A DNA stretch of 64,000 nt from Macrostomum lignano (GCA_002269645.1 NIVC01002271.1:1-64000); one strand, 5' to 3'; positions 8,607 to 22,436 are shown, counted from the first letter of the stretch. Notes: generated from the sequence alone by a model not told the origin. A program made the numbers and translations.

Positions 8607-9437
8607 TTACTCATCATCAGAGCTGCTGTACGAGTCGTCCGATGAAGACACGCTAGCTGTAGTAGCGTCCGCAGCAGCACGCTTTAAAAATGCTGTCTCC
8701 TTGGACGCTACCCTGGTTCCAGAGGCAGGTGTACTCACCAAGATCTTTGCTGGTGGAGCCTCCACCCAGTCTGTGCCATCTGCACCAGCTTCGGCAGAAT
8801 TGTTTTGCTGTTTTGCACCGCTGCGTTTTCGAACTTGCTTTTTAGGCGGCGGTTCAATAGAGGCTGGCGCTGCATTCGATGTAGTCGACTTCTTCGATAC
8901 GGTGGTGGTAGACCGACGCTTTGCAGGTGACTTGGCAGGTGTCACCTGGCTTGAATTCTGCAGGCTTTGTTCATTTGCTTCTTCTTGCTCACAGGTAGAT
9001 GTTGGGGACGGACTCCTGCTTCTAATTGCTGACTTGGTCGCGGGTAGGTGTGCAAGCACTCCCTTGAACATGTCGAGGCGCTGCAACATGTTGTCGGAAG
9101 ATTCTATGAGTGTCAGAGAGCGCACAGCGAATGTAATGCGCCAGACGAGGCAGCCTTTTGGACAATACAAGCTCGTTGCTTGCACTGTCATTTGGTAGGT
9201 ACCGCTGACACCTTTGAAATCGGAAATGGACACCTCCTTCCCGTGTGGATGATCGTTGCTGATCCTGATTGTGGCACAAGGGTAAGCAGGCTTTATAGCC
9301 AGCCATTGTTGAGGCACAAACTCGAGGACGTCGTTAGCATGCTGATGAGCTGGTTTTGTTAGTCGTGCCAAGGGTCGAGCATCTTGAATCTCGTTCAACT
9401 TGACCGATAGACCTTTTTCGACTTGACTGCAAAACAT
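8607..9437 (-). CDS. Hypothetical element protein, 276 aa (beta-rich N-domain, disordered basic middle, acidic tail); candidate OB-fold ssDNA-binding protein
   Basis: Long ATG ORF in the array; NLS-like PPPKKQVRKRS; ends SDDSYSSSDDE. The functional assignment is inference only. Confidence 0.6.
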   Translation of the reverse strand: MFCSQVEKGLSVKLNEIQDARPLARLTKPAHQHANDVLEFVPQQWLAIKPAYPCATIRISNDHPHGKEVSISDFKGVSGTYQMTVQATSLYCPKGCLVWRITFAVRSLTLIESSDNMLQRLDMFKGVLAHLPATKSAIRSRSPSPTSTCEQEEANEQSLQNSSQVTPAKSPAKRRSTTTVSKKSTTSNAAPASIEPPPKKQVRKRSGAKQQNNSAEAGADGTDWVEAPPAKILVSTPASGTRVASKETAFLKRAAADATTASVSSSDDSYSSSDDE

Positions 9438-9493
9438 TATATAAATTATGAATATAGTTTCCTAAAATTCATTGTATAAATTTAATATGGTGC

Positions 9494-9978
9494 TCACCGG
9501 AGAGAGTGGAAGAGTTCCTTATCGCAGCTGTCTGGATGAAATTGGACACTTACTGCGTCGCGAGAGTCGTGTCTGCAAGACGGATGATCGAGCTCTGGCC
9601 TTTCTGCGATTCCACGAAAAAGCTCCATTGGAGCCTTGGTTTGCAATATAATTGGGTACCATTTTGTACACTCGATTGATGGTTTCCACGCAATAGATCG
9701 AAACTGGCAGGACGAACCAGTCGTGGTTGTAGACTGCTCTCCAACGTAAAAAATCGGACTCGAGTCGGAGCGTACAATTGACTCCGTCTTGATGCAAGCT
9801 GCCATGTCTTACAAGCAATTGAATATAGTATTTCTTTTGCTGTAATGATTGAGCTCATGAAAAATTGACCATTTCGGGTCTTGTATTTATAGCAAGCTTT
9901 GCATGCTGTTTGTGAACTAGTAAACAAATTTAATTGTTGCGTGCTGATTAAGACATTGTTGCGTGCCAAAGGTGGCAT
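9494..9978 (-). CDS. Hypothetical element protein, ~161 aa if one A is restored at ~9810
   Basis: ORF 9550-9978 (...EILYSIACK) joins ORF 9494-9805 (MAACIKTES...) by TGT AA[A] GAC ATG; no recognised domain. Confidence 0.4.
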
Positions 9979-10494
9979 AAGTTTCTAGGGTGGGTTGCAT
10001 GATTAGGTCTAATTTTACGCAAATGTAGGTTGATATTTTATACAATAAAATTAATGAATCTTAGGCACACTAGTTATAAATTTGCAAGAGTAACACGATG
10101 GCAAGCGTTTAATAAGAAGACTGCTGGTTGCTGCTTCATTAGATTGGTTTTGTTCTCAAGTAGAATGTAATTAAAATATTTTGCGACTTGAAAAATTAGC
10201 AATCTTGGATTTTAGAGTAAAAATAAGCTGCACGCGGTGCTATGAAATTAATTTATTGAAAGTTTTGCTTGCATGTTGGAATTTTTTAGCTCGCACGGTG
10301 ACAAGAGATTGCTTGAGTAACCTATATATAGAGTGTTACTTTTCAAACAGAAAAAGGTATAGTTGTAACTCAGCTTTTGCAGTCCTATATTGAGCAGAAG
10401 CTATATAGAGTTACACTATCATGCTGCGACGCGCAGCTTGTTGGGACTATAATGACTGCCGCTGCTATAACCGCATGCAGTCAGTGCAGTTGAC

Positions 10495-11205
10495 ACACAA
10501 ATGCTGTTTGGACTAAGCTAAATTACTGTGTTGAGACAGTTAAGCTGGACCACGGCTAAATCACTATTGATACGGTTAATTGCTACTAGACCCATGGCTA
10601 AATCACTGTACGTTGAGACGGTTAAGCTGGACCACGACTAAATCGCTGTACGTTGAGACGGTGGTTAAGCTGGACCATGGTTATAAAACTGGACGGGTGG
10701 TTAAGCTGGACGACTACAGCTAAAATTACTGTTGAGTCAGTTATGCTAGACCACAGCAGCCAAATCACAGTTGAGGTAAAGCTGACCATAGCTAATTCTC
10801 ACTGTTGAGACGGGTGCTGCTGCTTGGCTCACAGCTAAATAACTGGACAGTTAAGCTAATCGGACTACAGCTAAATCCCTGTTGAGACAGTTGCCTGGAC
10901 CACAGCTAAAATCACTGTTGAGGCAGTTAAGTCTGGACAACAGCTAAAATTACTGTTGAGACAGTTAAGCCTTGACTATAGCTAAATCATCGTTGAGGTA
11001 GTTAAGCCTGGACTATAGCTAAATCACTGTTGATGCAGTTTTAAGCTAGACCACAGCTAAATCATACTGCTGAGGCAAAAAAGCCGGACCACGGCTAAAA
11101 ACTGTTGAGGCAAAAGCTGGACCACAGCTAAATCATACTGTTGAGGCAAAAGCTGGACCACAGCTAAATCATACTGTTGAGGCAAAAGCCAGACCATGGC
11201 TAAAG
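10495..11205. repeat. Imperfect ~36-40 bp tandem array inside the Maverick
   Basis: Recurrent unit approximating gttaagctggaccacagctaaatcactgttgagaca. Confidence 0.85.
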
Positions 11206-11454
11206 AAACGTATGAAAAAAAAATTATTTGCATGGATTAATAATTTTTGTTTAATGATGACTGTACAAGATATTGACTTTATATTGAATTAAATAATTTC
11301 AATAAATGGCGAATAAAATTGAAAGAATTTTTTAGAATAATGAATTTATAGAGATTATATTATTGATTACAGACTTGTTTGATATATACTAAAAGAGCAA
11401 TTACTTGGACACATTGCTGGCAAAATTTTATGAAGAGTTAGAAAAAATGTCTTT

Positions 11455-12006
11455 TTAAGATAGGTCCCAATATTCAAATACTTGAGTTGTATTACAGGTC
11501 TTTGGTAATTCTACTTGGTAGAAGCCTGTGCTCATTTGAGAGACTTTTACAGACTTGATGTCCTTCTGTACAATAATTGGCGAGTTTAGCAGCGGTTGAA
11601 CTTGGGTAGAAATAGCAATTGATGATGATGGTGTTTCAGTTGCTGTCGTTGGTTTGGTACTTGTAGGCTTACTGCAAGTTTGCTTTGTTGGGTCATTGTA
11701 GCTGGTTGGTGATGGTGGTGGTGGTGCATACTGCAGTTGGTCAGTTGGTCGTGGGTTCGATTGCTGCCTAATTGACTGAATAACATCAGTTCTTGTGTAA
11801 ATGCGATCTAGCTCAGTTGTCTGTCTCTCGACATGAATCGAGGTTACTCTGGCGAGAGATGTAGAATATGATGCTCTTGCAGCAGAATTGGATGTGGTGG
11901 TGTCGTGGCAAATGCGTTTGCACTGATCTGGAGGTGGCCGCGTGAAGAAACCATTCTTGAATGCTATAATAATGGATAAGATGAGGGAAATTTGGTATAG
12001 GTGCAT
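11455..12006 (-). CDS. Putative secreted Ser/Thr/Pro-rich (mucin-like) protein, 183 aa, inside the element
   Basis: Hydrophobic N-terminus MHLYQISLILSIIIA, CxxxC, Thr/Ser/Pro-rich middle, NTT sequon; TATATA about 16 nt upstream. Confidence 0.45.
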   Translation of the reverse strand: MHLYQISLILSIIIAFKNGFFTRPPPDQCKRICHDTTTSNSAARASYSTSLARVTSIHVERQTTELDRIYTRTDVIQSIRQQSNPRPTDQLQYAPPPPSPTSYNDPTKQTCSKPTSTKPTTATETPSSSIAISTQVQPLLNSPIIVQKDIKSVKVSQMSTGFYQVELPKTCNTTQVFEYWDLS

Positions 12007-12029
12007 GTATACAATGTATATAGAAACTG

Positions 12030-12250
12030 AACTAGCAGAGAATCAGTCTAAACAGAAACCGAACTAGCAGACAATCAATCTAGAAATTCTGAACTAGCAG
12101 AGTATTAGTCTAAACAGAAACCGAGCTAGCAGACAATCAATCTAGAGACTGAACAAACAGAGGATCGGTCTAAACAGAAACCGAACTAACAATCAATCTA
12201 GAAACTAAACTATAGCGAACAGTCAATCTAAAAAAGAAAACTGAACTAGA
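12030..12250. repeat. Subterminal ~30/60-bp degenerate tandem repeat
   Basis: Alternating gaactagcagagaatcagtctaaacagaaacc / gaactagcagacaatcaatctagaa units. Confidence 0.75.
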
Positions 12251-12875
12251 GTAGGTGATTATCTTACCTTGTTTAACATAGCGCTCGGCCAATTCCTGCT
12301 GACGTGATCGCTTCATTTCACTTAAGATGTAAGTATAGTTGAACAAGTAGTATAATGTAAACTTGGTTTAAGTTATTTAATATTTTCTGTGTCAGTGTGT
12401 TCGTATATATATATAGTATAAAGAAGAAGCATGTTGACGCAGTTGTTGACATAGTATCTGTAAACCATCTGCTCAAGTTGGTGCAAAAATTCTATAGGCA
12501 CTCAAGAATAGATCATTTACTATCTTTCTTCAAAAGGGTGATAATATTCACAAGTTTTCAATATTTCAAAAACACTTGAAATGTGTGAATAGCTTTGGAG
12601 TAAATTTGTCTTGAATGGAATCCTTTGAAGTGTGTTTGTGTCACCATTGCTAGAATCGGTTACTTGTATTTTGGACAGGTGGATATGCAATTCGTCTGAA
12701 TAATCACGTTGCGTAAAAGATATTTAGCGTGCACTTGGAATTTCAGACTGCGTGCACATGGAATTTCAGACTGCGTGCACATGAAATTTCGGACTCTGCC
12801 ATTTTTTTGGGCCTGTACTTACTATGTATTTCGCCATAAGGAAATCGGCTTTGTGTCAAAAAAACGTATACTACT

Positions 12876-13580
12876 TGAGGGGAGACTGAGATTGAGAGGG
12901 AGACTGAGATTGAGAGGGAGACAGAGACTGGGAATGAGGGGAGACTGAGATTGAGAGGGAGACTGAGATTGAGAGGGAGACAGATTGAGAGGGAGACAGA
13001 CTGAGATTGAGAGGAAGACAGATTGAGAGGGAGACAGACTGAGATTGAGAGGAAGACAGATTGAGAGGGAGGCAGACTGAGATTGAGAGGAAGACAGATT
13101 GAGAGGGAGACAGACTGAGATTGAGAGGGAGACTGAGATTGAGAGGAAGACAGATTGAGATTGAGAGGAAGACAGATTGAGAGGAAGACAGATTGAGAGG
13201 AAGACAGATTGAGAGGGAGACAGATTGAGAGGGAGACAGATTGAGAGGAAGACAGATTGAGAGGGAGACAGACTGAGATTGAGAGGGAGACTGAGATTGA
13301 GAGGGAGACAGACTGAGATTGAGAGGGAGACTGAGATTGAGAGGGAGACAGACTGAGATTGAGAGGGAGACTGAGATTGAGAGGGAGACAGACTGAGATT
13401 GAGAGGGAGACTGAGATTGAGAGGGAGACAGACTGAGATTGAGAGGGAGACTGAGATTGAGAGGAAGACAGACTGAGATTGAGAGGGAGACTGAGATTGA
13501 GAGGAAGACAGATTGAGAGGGAGACAGACTGAGATTGAGAGGGAGACAGAGATTCAGAGGGAGACAGAGACTGGGAGAGG
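12876..13580. repeat. GA-rich minisatellite (gagggagacagactgagatt variants)
   Basis: Visible directly; source of the spurious SLSICLPLNL ORFs. Confidence 0.95.
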
Positions 13581-14185
13581 GACAGAAGATATACTCGTAG
13601 GCTGAGAAAGACCAAGTCAGCATCTCAGCAGAGAAGATGCGCACTGAAGGGTGGAGACGCAGCTCAGAAGTGCAAATCAAACAAAGAGCTGAAAGCAAAA
13701 TCTCCATCACAAAAAGCAAGACAAGCATGGGGAATGGACTTAGGAAACCAGTATTTTATAGCCCTTCGGAATACAATGTACAATTCTAAGGCGCTTTTTT
13801 ACTGCCTTCGCCTGAATGAAGCTTAATTAAAGATCACGTGATACTGCTAGCTCGCGAGGTGAGGAGTCCAATCGAGAGGGCACTGGGTGGAATTATATCT
13901 CTCTGACCACTCAAAGGGAATCAAGGATAGCAGCAAGCCTAACGCTCACGCAGCTGCCTCTGACACTTCCACTAAGCCGCGTAGATCTTATCTTTCCTGT
14001 TCTTGACAATTCTCCCAGGGGGTTGAAATGGAATTCTCTATTTTTAGTTCTGCTTCCCCGCGATGTTGGTCCCAAGATTCTGTTGCTTCTTATTTGCCTG
14101 GCCTTTCTTCTTTCGGCAATTCACTGGTGTACTTTTACAGAATAGATATTGTTTGCTAACAGGAACTGTACAGAACGACAGATTA

Positions 14186-14735
<550 letters not shown>

Positions 14736-15557
14736 AAATAGATTGAATATAGCAATATTATATTTATTACAGCATGGATATTATACTGTTATTGTCTCAT
14801 AGACATTTTTGGCTCAGCAAGGCTGCGAGAGAAAGAATGACCAATCTAACCAATCTAAATGTACACTTTACGATGAGATTTCGTCAATCCAGATATCTAT
14901 TGCCTCAATAACAATCCTTGGATATTTGAACTCCATGGAGAATTTCAATCTCCCCTGAATGGACGGACTTAGAGCAGTGCCAGTTGACCAAATGCAACGT
15001 AGGAAACTGCAAACTGGGTTGGTGGCCCCGAGGGTAGAGGAGGGGAAAAATGGACGGCGCGATTGAGAACCGCATTTTATACGGTTGCTTGGGGAGACGC
15101 TATCGGCACTGCTGGGGTTGGAATTAAAAGCGACTGTTGGGCGGGGGAGGAAGATGGAGGCTGAACAGGGGGACTCAGAATTGAGAGAAATGAATGGCCT
15201 TAGCTCGTGTGGGGATTCAGTTTCCTAACCTAAATCTGGTAGATTAGCTGCAACTTTTGGAAAGAGCCAGCCTAGAAATAGAAAATGTCTTTATAGTGAA
15301 CTCTGAGGCATGCAGCAGTATGGCTGTGTACTCGACTATGGGATGAGATGCGCTAAAAATATTGATTTAACATTACTCATCATGGCAAACTGGATGCCTG
15401 CCTGCTATAGCTCTCTGTGGGTTCAGAGTTATAAACTTCTTTCTCATCCCAATTTCGCTTTTGAGCTTTGAACTCCCATCGGGCCTACAAACAATGAATC
15501 CGATCGTTAATCATGTTTTGCGTTGCGAGCTTCTTGTCTACCGCATCTCTGTGGCTC

Positions 15558-16094
<537 letters not shown>

Positions 16095-16918
16095 ATTCCT
16101 GGCTAAACTACGAGTAACTCGCTGTTTTTGTGAATGCCAAGCAGCAATACAGGTGGGAAGTACTTGTTTAGGCTTTGAATTGTTCCCTATTCAAGCTTTC
16201 AGTACCTGCGCAACGCTCGTCAATGGGCCTCCTGTCACTTCCCGTTCCCTGTATCCCAGTTTTTTTCTCCCTTTCCCCATTGGGGCGCGTTAACGTCGTA
16301 TTAAAGTCGCCCCAACCCCCGGTAGGAAGCGAGAGGGAGAGAAAAGGAATGGAGGACGGGAGAAAACCCTGCCCCATGCATTTGTGTACGCGAGAATAAA
16401 AGGAAAGGATAGAGAGGAGAGGAGAGACTTAGTGGGGTAAAGCTGTGAGTCACACTCTCAGCTGAATACGCCAACTTGTCCGCATTGTACAGTACAGACG
16501 CAACCCACCCTTAGGATAGATCGATTCCTAAACCAAGTCCTAGAAACTCCCCTTCAACCCCTGAACCCAAGGCTCACAGTTCCATTTGGTAGACATCCAA
16601 TCCTGTCCAGGGCAGCGTGTTGGGGTGTGCTCTGGGTTGGGGTTTAGTCTATTTCCAGCTCCTAGGGGGAGGGGTATAGGGTAAGGGATTCTTGTTTACC
16701 AAGTCCCCCGCTCCTCACACACACTACAAATCTCCTTTGCCTCTGGGGTTTTTCTCCAGGCCGAGGCCCTTCCATTCCTGACTGGTTTAAGTCTCCACTG
16801 TTATAATCCACGGCTGGGCAGCCTCAGGAAGCAAGCTCAAACTTCTAACCTAAATCTCTGAAGCCCGAGAAAAACCAAACAGAGAGAAAATTCGCCCGGT
16901 CAAGAAAGCCGCTGCACA

Positions 16919-17275
16919 ATGCGAACCGGTCAAGTTTGGGTATTCCTAGAAATCGGCCTAGGCGTCGTGTTCATCATCACGCTGTTCTGCCTGTGCCGCT
17001 TCTTCGACATGCGCAAATCTCGGCGAAGGAAGAACAAAGCTAAAGCCGCTGATGAGGATTGCTACCAGAGGCAGCTGGCCCAGCAGCGCGAACGGGCCCT
17101 GTCAATCAGGCGGGAGAGTCTGATGAACGAGACGGCTAGCAATCCGGAGAACGCGGCCGCCAAAGAGCCGCTGACCTCTGTGCAGGAGAAGCCAACTGAG
17201 GAGGGCGGCGGCGGCGGAGAATCCGCGGAAAAACCGGCTGGCGACACTGGGAAAGGCGACGCTAAGAAGGAATAA
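16919..17275 (+). CDS. Small single-pass membrane protein, 118 aa (host)
   Basis: One N-terminal TM helix (VWVFLEIGLGVVFIITLFCLC) followed by basic stop-transfer RKSRRRKNK; GC-rich coding style; AATAAA immediately after the stop. Confidence 0.6.
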   Translation: MRTGQVWVFLEIGLGVVFIITLFCLCRFFDMRKSRRRKNKAKAADEDCYQRQLAQQRERALSIRRESLMNETASNPENAAAKEPLTSVQEKPTEEGGGGGESAEKPAGDTGKGDAKKE

Positions 17276-17585
17276 ATAAACAATTTATAACAAATAATTT
17301 CTTTTTAAATAACAATATTTATTATTAGACGAAAACAAAAAAATACTAGTCGCACTAAAACAACAAATAATTAACAAATAAAATAATGGCATTCATCGAC
17401 ATTATTTGCAAGTTGTGTAAGAGATTCTGCAGATTGAAGAACCAGACGTGACCAATTGACTGATAGAGGTAAGACGTCTGTTAAAACTGAATTTTCACCT
17501 CATTCAGTTACTTCATTTTTCATTTTGCCAAATCCGTATAGGCTTGACTCTTTGTGTCTCCGTTCCGACTAAATGTGTCTCATGC

Positions 17586-19447
17586 TTATCAGATGTGTCT
17601 CTTGTCCTGTCCGATCCCATGTGTCTCTTGTCCTGTCCGATCCCATGTGTCTCTTGTCCTGTCCGATCCCGTGTGTCTCTTGTCCTGTCCGATCCCATGT
17701 GTCTCTTGTCCTGTCCGATCCCATGTGTCTCTTGTCCTGTCCGATCCCGTGTGTCTCTTGTCCTGTCCGATCCCATGTGTCTCTTGTCCTGTCCGATCCC
17801 GTGTGTCTCTTGTCCTTTCCGATCCCATGTGTCTCTTGTCCTGTCCGATCCCATGTGTCTCTTGTCCTGTCCGATCCCATGTGTCTCTTGTCCTGTCCGA
17901 TCCCATGTGTCTCTTGTCCTGTCCGATCCCGTGTGTCTCTTGTCCTTTCCGATCCCGTGTGTCTCTTGTCCTGTCCGATCCCATGTGTCTCTTGTCCTGT
18001 CCGATCCCATGTGTCTCTTGTCCTGTCCGATCCCATGTGTCTCTTGTCCTGTCCGATCCCATGTGTCTCTTGTCCTGTCCGATCCCGTGTGTCTCTTGTC
18101 CTTTCCGATCCCGTGTGTCTCTTGTCCTGTCCGATCCCATGTGTCTCTTGTCCTGTCCGATCCCATGTGTTTCTTGTCCTGTCCGATCCCATGTGTCTCT
18201 TGTCCTGTCCGATCCCATGTGTCTCTTGTCCTGTCCGATCCCGTGTGTCTCTTGTCCTGTCCGATCCCATGTGTCTCTTGTCCTGTCCGATCCCATGTGT
18301 CTCTTGTCCTGTCCGATCCCGTGTGTCTCTTGTCCTGTCCGATCCCATGTGTCTCTTGTCCTGTCCGATCCCGTGTGTCTCTTGTCCTTTCCGATCCCAT
18401 GTGTCTCTTGTCCTGTCCGATCCCATGTGTCTCTTGTCCTGTCCGATCCCATGTGTCTCTTGTCCTGTCCGATCCCATGTGTCTCTTGTCCTGTCCGATC
18501 CCGTGTGTCTCTTGTCCTTTCCGATCCCGTGTGTCTCTTGTCCTGTCCGATCCCATGTGTCTCTTGTCCTGTCCGATCCCATGTGTCTCTTGTCCTGTCC
18601 GATCCCATGTGTCTCTTGTCCTGTCCGATCCCATGTGTCTCTTGTCCTGTCCGATCCCGTGTGTCTCTTGTCCTTTCCGATCCCGTGTGTCTCTTGTCCT
18701 GTCCGATCCCATGTGTCTCTTGTCCTGTCCGATCCCATGTGTCTCTTGTCCTGTCCGATCCCATGTGTCTCTTGTCCTGTCCGATCCCATGTGTCTCTTG
18801 TCCTGTCCGATCTCATGTGTCTCTTGTCCTGTCCGATCCCATGTGTCTCTTGTCCTGTCCGATCTCATGTGTCTCTTGTCCTGTCCGATCCCATGTGTCT
18901 CTTGTCCTTTCCGATCCCATGTGTCTCTTGTCCTGTCCGATCCCATGTGTCTCTTGTCCTTTCCGATCCCATGTGTCTCTTGTCCTGTCCGATCCCATGT
19001 GTCTCTTGTCCTGTCCGATCCCATGTGTCTCTTGTCCTGTCCGATCCCATGTGTCTCTTGTCCTGTCCGATCCCATGTGTCTCTTGTCCTGTCCGATCCC
19101 ATGTGTCTCTTGTCCTGTCCGATCCCATGTGTCTCTTGTCCTGTCCGATCCCATGTGTCTCTTGTCCTGTCCGATCCCATGTGTCTCTTGTCCTGTCCGA
19201 TCCCATGTGTCTCTTGTCCTGTCCGATCCCATGTGTCTCTTGTCCTGTCCGATCCCATGTGTCTCTTGTCCTGTCCGATCCCATGCGTCTCTTGTCCTGT
19301 CCGATCCCATGTGTCTCTTGTCCTGTCCGATCCCATGTGTCTCTTGTCCTTTCCGATCCCATGTGTCTCTTGTCCTGTCCGATCTCATGTGTCTCTTGTC
19401 CTGTCCGATCCCATGTGTCTCTTGTCCTTTCCGATCCCGTGTGTCTC
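17586..19447. repeat. 26-bp satellite (gtgtctcttgtcctgtccgatcccat), ~71 copies
   Basis: Near-perfect tandem array; explains the multiple long repetitive ORFs. Confidence 0.98.
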
Positions 19448-20388
19448 ATCATGTGACTCCTATGCGATCAAGTATGCCCCGTTTCTAAATGTGTCTCATT
19501 TTCAAATTCAACTTAAAACTTTATCATTCGAATTTCTAATTTTCGAGTATTGGTGGCATGGCATCATTCCGATAATTATGTAATTTCAGCTTAATCAAGA
19601 CTGCAGCAGCTGGACACTCGAGTAGTGAACAATCTCAAACTATGAACAGTTAAACTACAACACTTTTTGTATCAATATTTCGTCTTACGCATGTCTATTA
19701 TCATCATTGTCTGCATCTATAAACCCGGAAAAATGCGCTCACTATAACAAACTAGGCAATAATGACCCATTGTTTTAATGAATTAACGTATCTCTAAATT
19801 GATGCGTGCGTGTGTGTGATTACCCTGTAATATAGGCATATTTTGCTTCGTACATTACCATAAATTCTTTTCTCTGTAGAGCAACAACTTTAGACAATTA
19901 GATCTTCTAGGCTCAGCAGCTTATCAAGTAGTTTTACTTCGAATTCAACAATTTAACCATAGAAATTCATTTTTGGTCTGTGTAATAAATTTTCATGTTT
20001 GGCAAATTCTTTTAAAATCAATTTTTTTATTCCATCAAGTTTAGTTTGTAGCCGTCTTCGAATAAATATTTGAACATGATTGCCTACTTAACCACTTTTA
20101 TTATTTGCCTTAAGCTTCTAAACAACTGACAACTGAGGTTTTTGTTCGTGATTTCTGTAAAATATTTTTTTGATTGCAGGAACTGGCTTGCAATGCTGTG
20201 GTAGTAGTGGGTCAGAGAGCATTTTGAGTTCCGCCGGAGCTACTCACATAATGATACTCTGAACTCATGGGCAATAACTTTTATGCCATAATGTATGGCT
20301 TCGTTTGATGATGGGCTGTTTTTTCTGCTTTTGAAGCCACAGCGTTAATTTCTCTCTTGCTGCCGTAGTGCCTCTAGTCGTCTGTCTG

Positions 20389-20440
20389 TCTGTGTGTCTT
20401 AGTGTCTGTCTGTCTGTCTATCTGTCTGTCTGTCTGTCTA

Positions 20441-20489
<49 letters not shown>

Positions 20490-20490
20490 G

Positions 20491-20543
<53 letters not shown>

Positions 20544-20562
20544 TAGTGTATATCTGTCTGTC
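20389..20562. repeat. (TCTG)n microsatellite
   Basis: Visible directly. Confidence 0.95.
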
Positions 20563-21059
20563 TATATGAATAAGACAGTAATGTACCCTGAAATCGTACA
20601 CTACTTACAGAGGGATAAGCGCACATATTATTGTATAAATGTACATATATTTCCACGTATTCTACATCGATCCAATATTGCTATACAAAACATTATCCAC
20701 GATACATAAAGCATAAATAATGTCCTTCGATATATATTCGACATCTGTTATGCGATTGAATTTGCGGGCTTGTTTTGCACTTGTTTATTCGTATTGGGGC
20801 AGGTACGGCAATGTACTTTTAATTAAAGTTTCACAGCTGTTTCTATCGATATCAGGCCTTCTGCATGCAGTGGGGAGGGCAGTTCAGCACAAACATAAGA
20901 AACCAGCGCGGCCAACTGCAGGCGTTGGTCATCGACAGAAAAGTCAGAGAGAGAGACAGGAATTGCATCTGTGTTTAAAAGCACTGGATACCGGTGTGGC
21001 AGAAAGGAAGGTAGAAAAACTATTAAATTGATTGCTTAGATACGGACAGGACAGAAGGA

Positions 21060-22047
<988 letters not shown>

Positions 22048-22436
22048 TGAAGCCATTGATTTCCTGTCAGATGAAATCATGATGCATTGACCCCTGTCAT
22101 CATCGTGCGAGAGGTTGATCGAGCTTTTCTGCTTCAGATACATGTACATTGATATAGTGCAGAACAGCATAGGAAGCACAGTACTGCAGGCGTAATTAGT
22201 TAGAGCCAATCCCTCCTTTGCAAACAGATGTCTACGTGTATGTTCAAAACTGGGTGGATAAAGCGTAAAAAAGGCTTCTCCAGTCCAAACATTAGCTAGA
22301 GAAGTCCATGGCCCATTCTAAATACCCCATAGACAACGTGAAGATGTTGCATGACAACGAAGTTAAAATTCCAATGCAGTAAATTACTTGTCAAGTGTAT
22401 GCTTGACAATTAACCTGCATCTTCAATAAAGCAGAA

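Larger units (their letters stand above)
1..12875 (-). mobile_element. Maverick/Polinton (adintovirus-like) endogenous viral element, partial; continues beyond window start
   Basis: Co-oriented cluster of hallmark genes: RVE integrase with chromodomain, FtsK/A32-type ATPase, major and minor capsid proteins, pPolB remnants. AT-rich DNA ends abruptly at ACTACT (12870-12875, = 5'-AGTAGT on the minus strand, a typical Polinton terminus), followed by host satellite. The second TIR is outside the window, so the boundary is unverified. Confidence 0.93.

Noticed and set aside
8581-9362. Plus-strand ORFs 8581-9198 and 9048-9362
   Set aside because: Antisense shadows of the 276-aa minus-strand gene; no motifs.
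17586-19447. CRISPR-like regular repeat arrays (also 23406-23835, 63155-63680)
   Set aside because: Head-to-tail repeats with no unique spacers, no cas genes, eukaryotic context.
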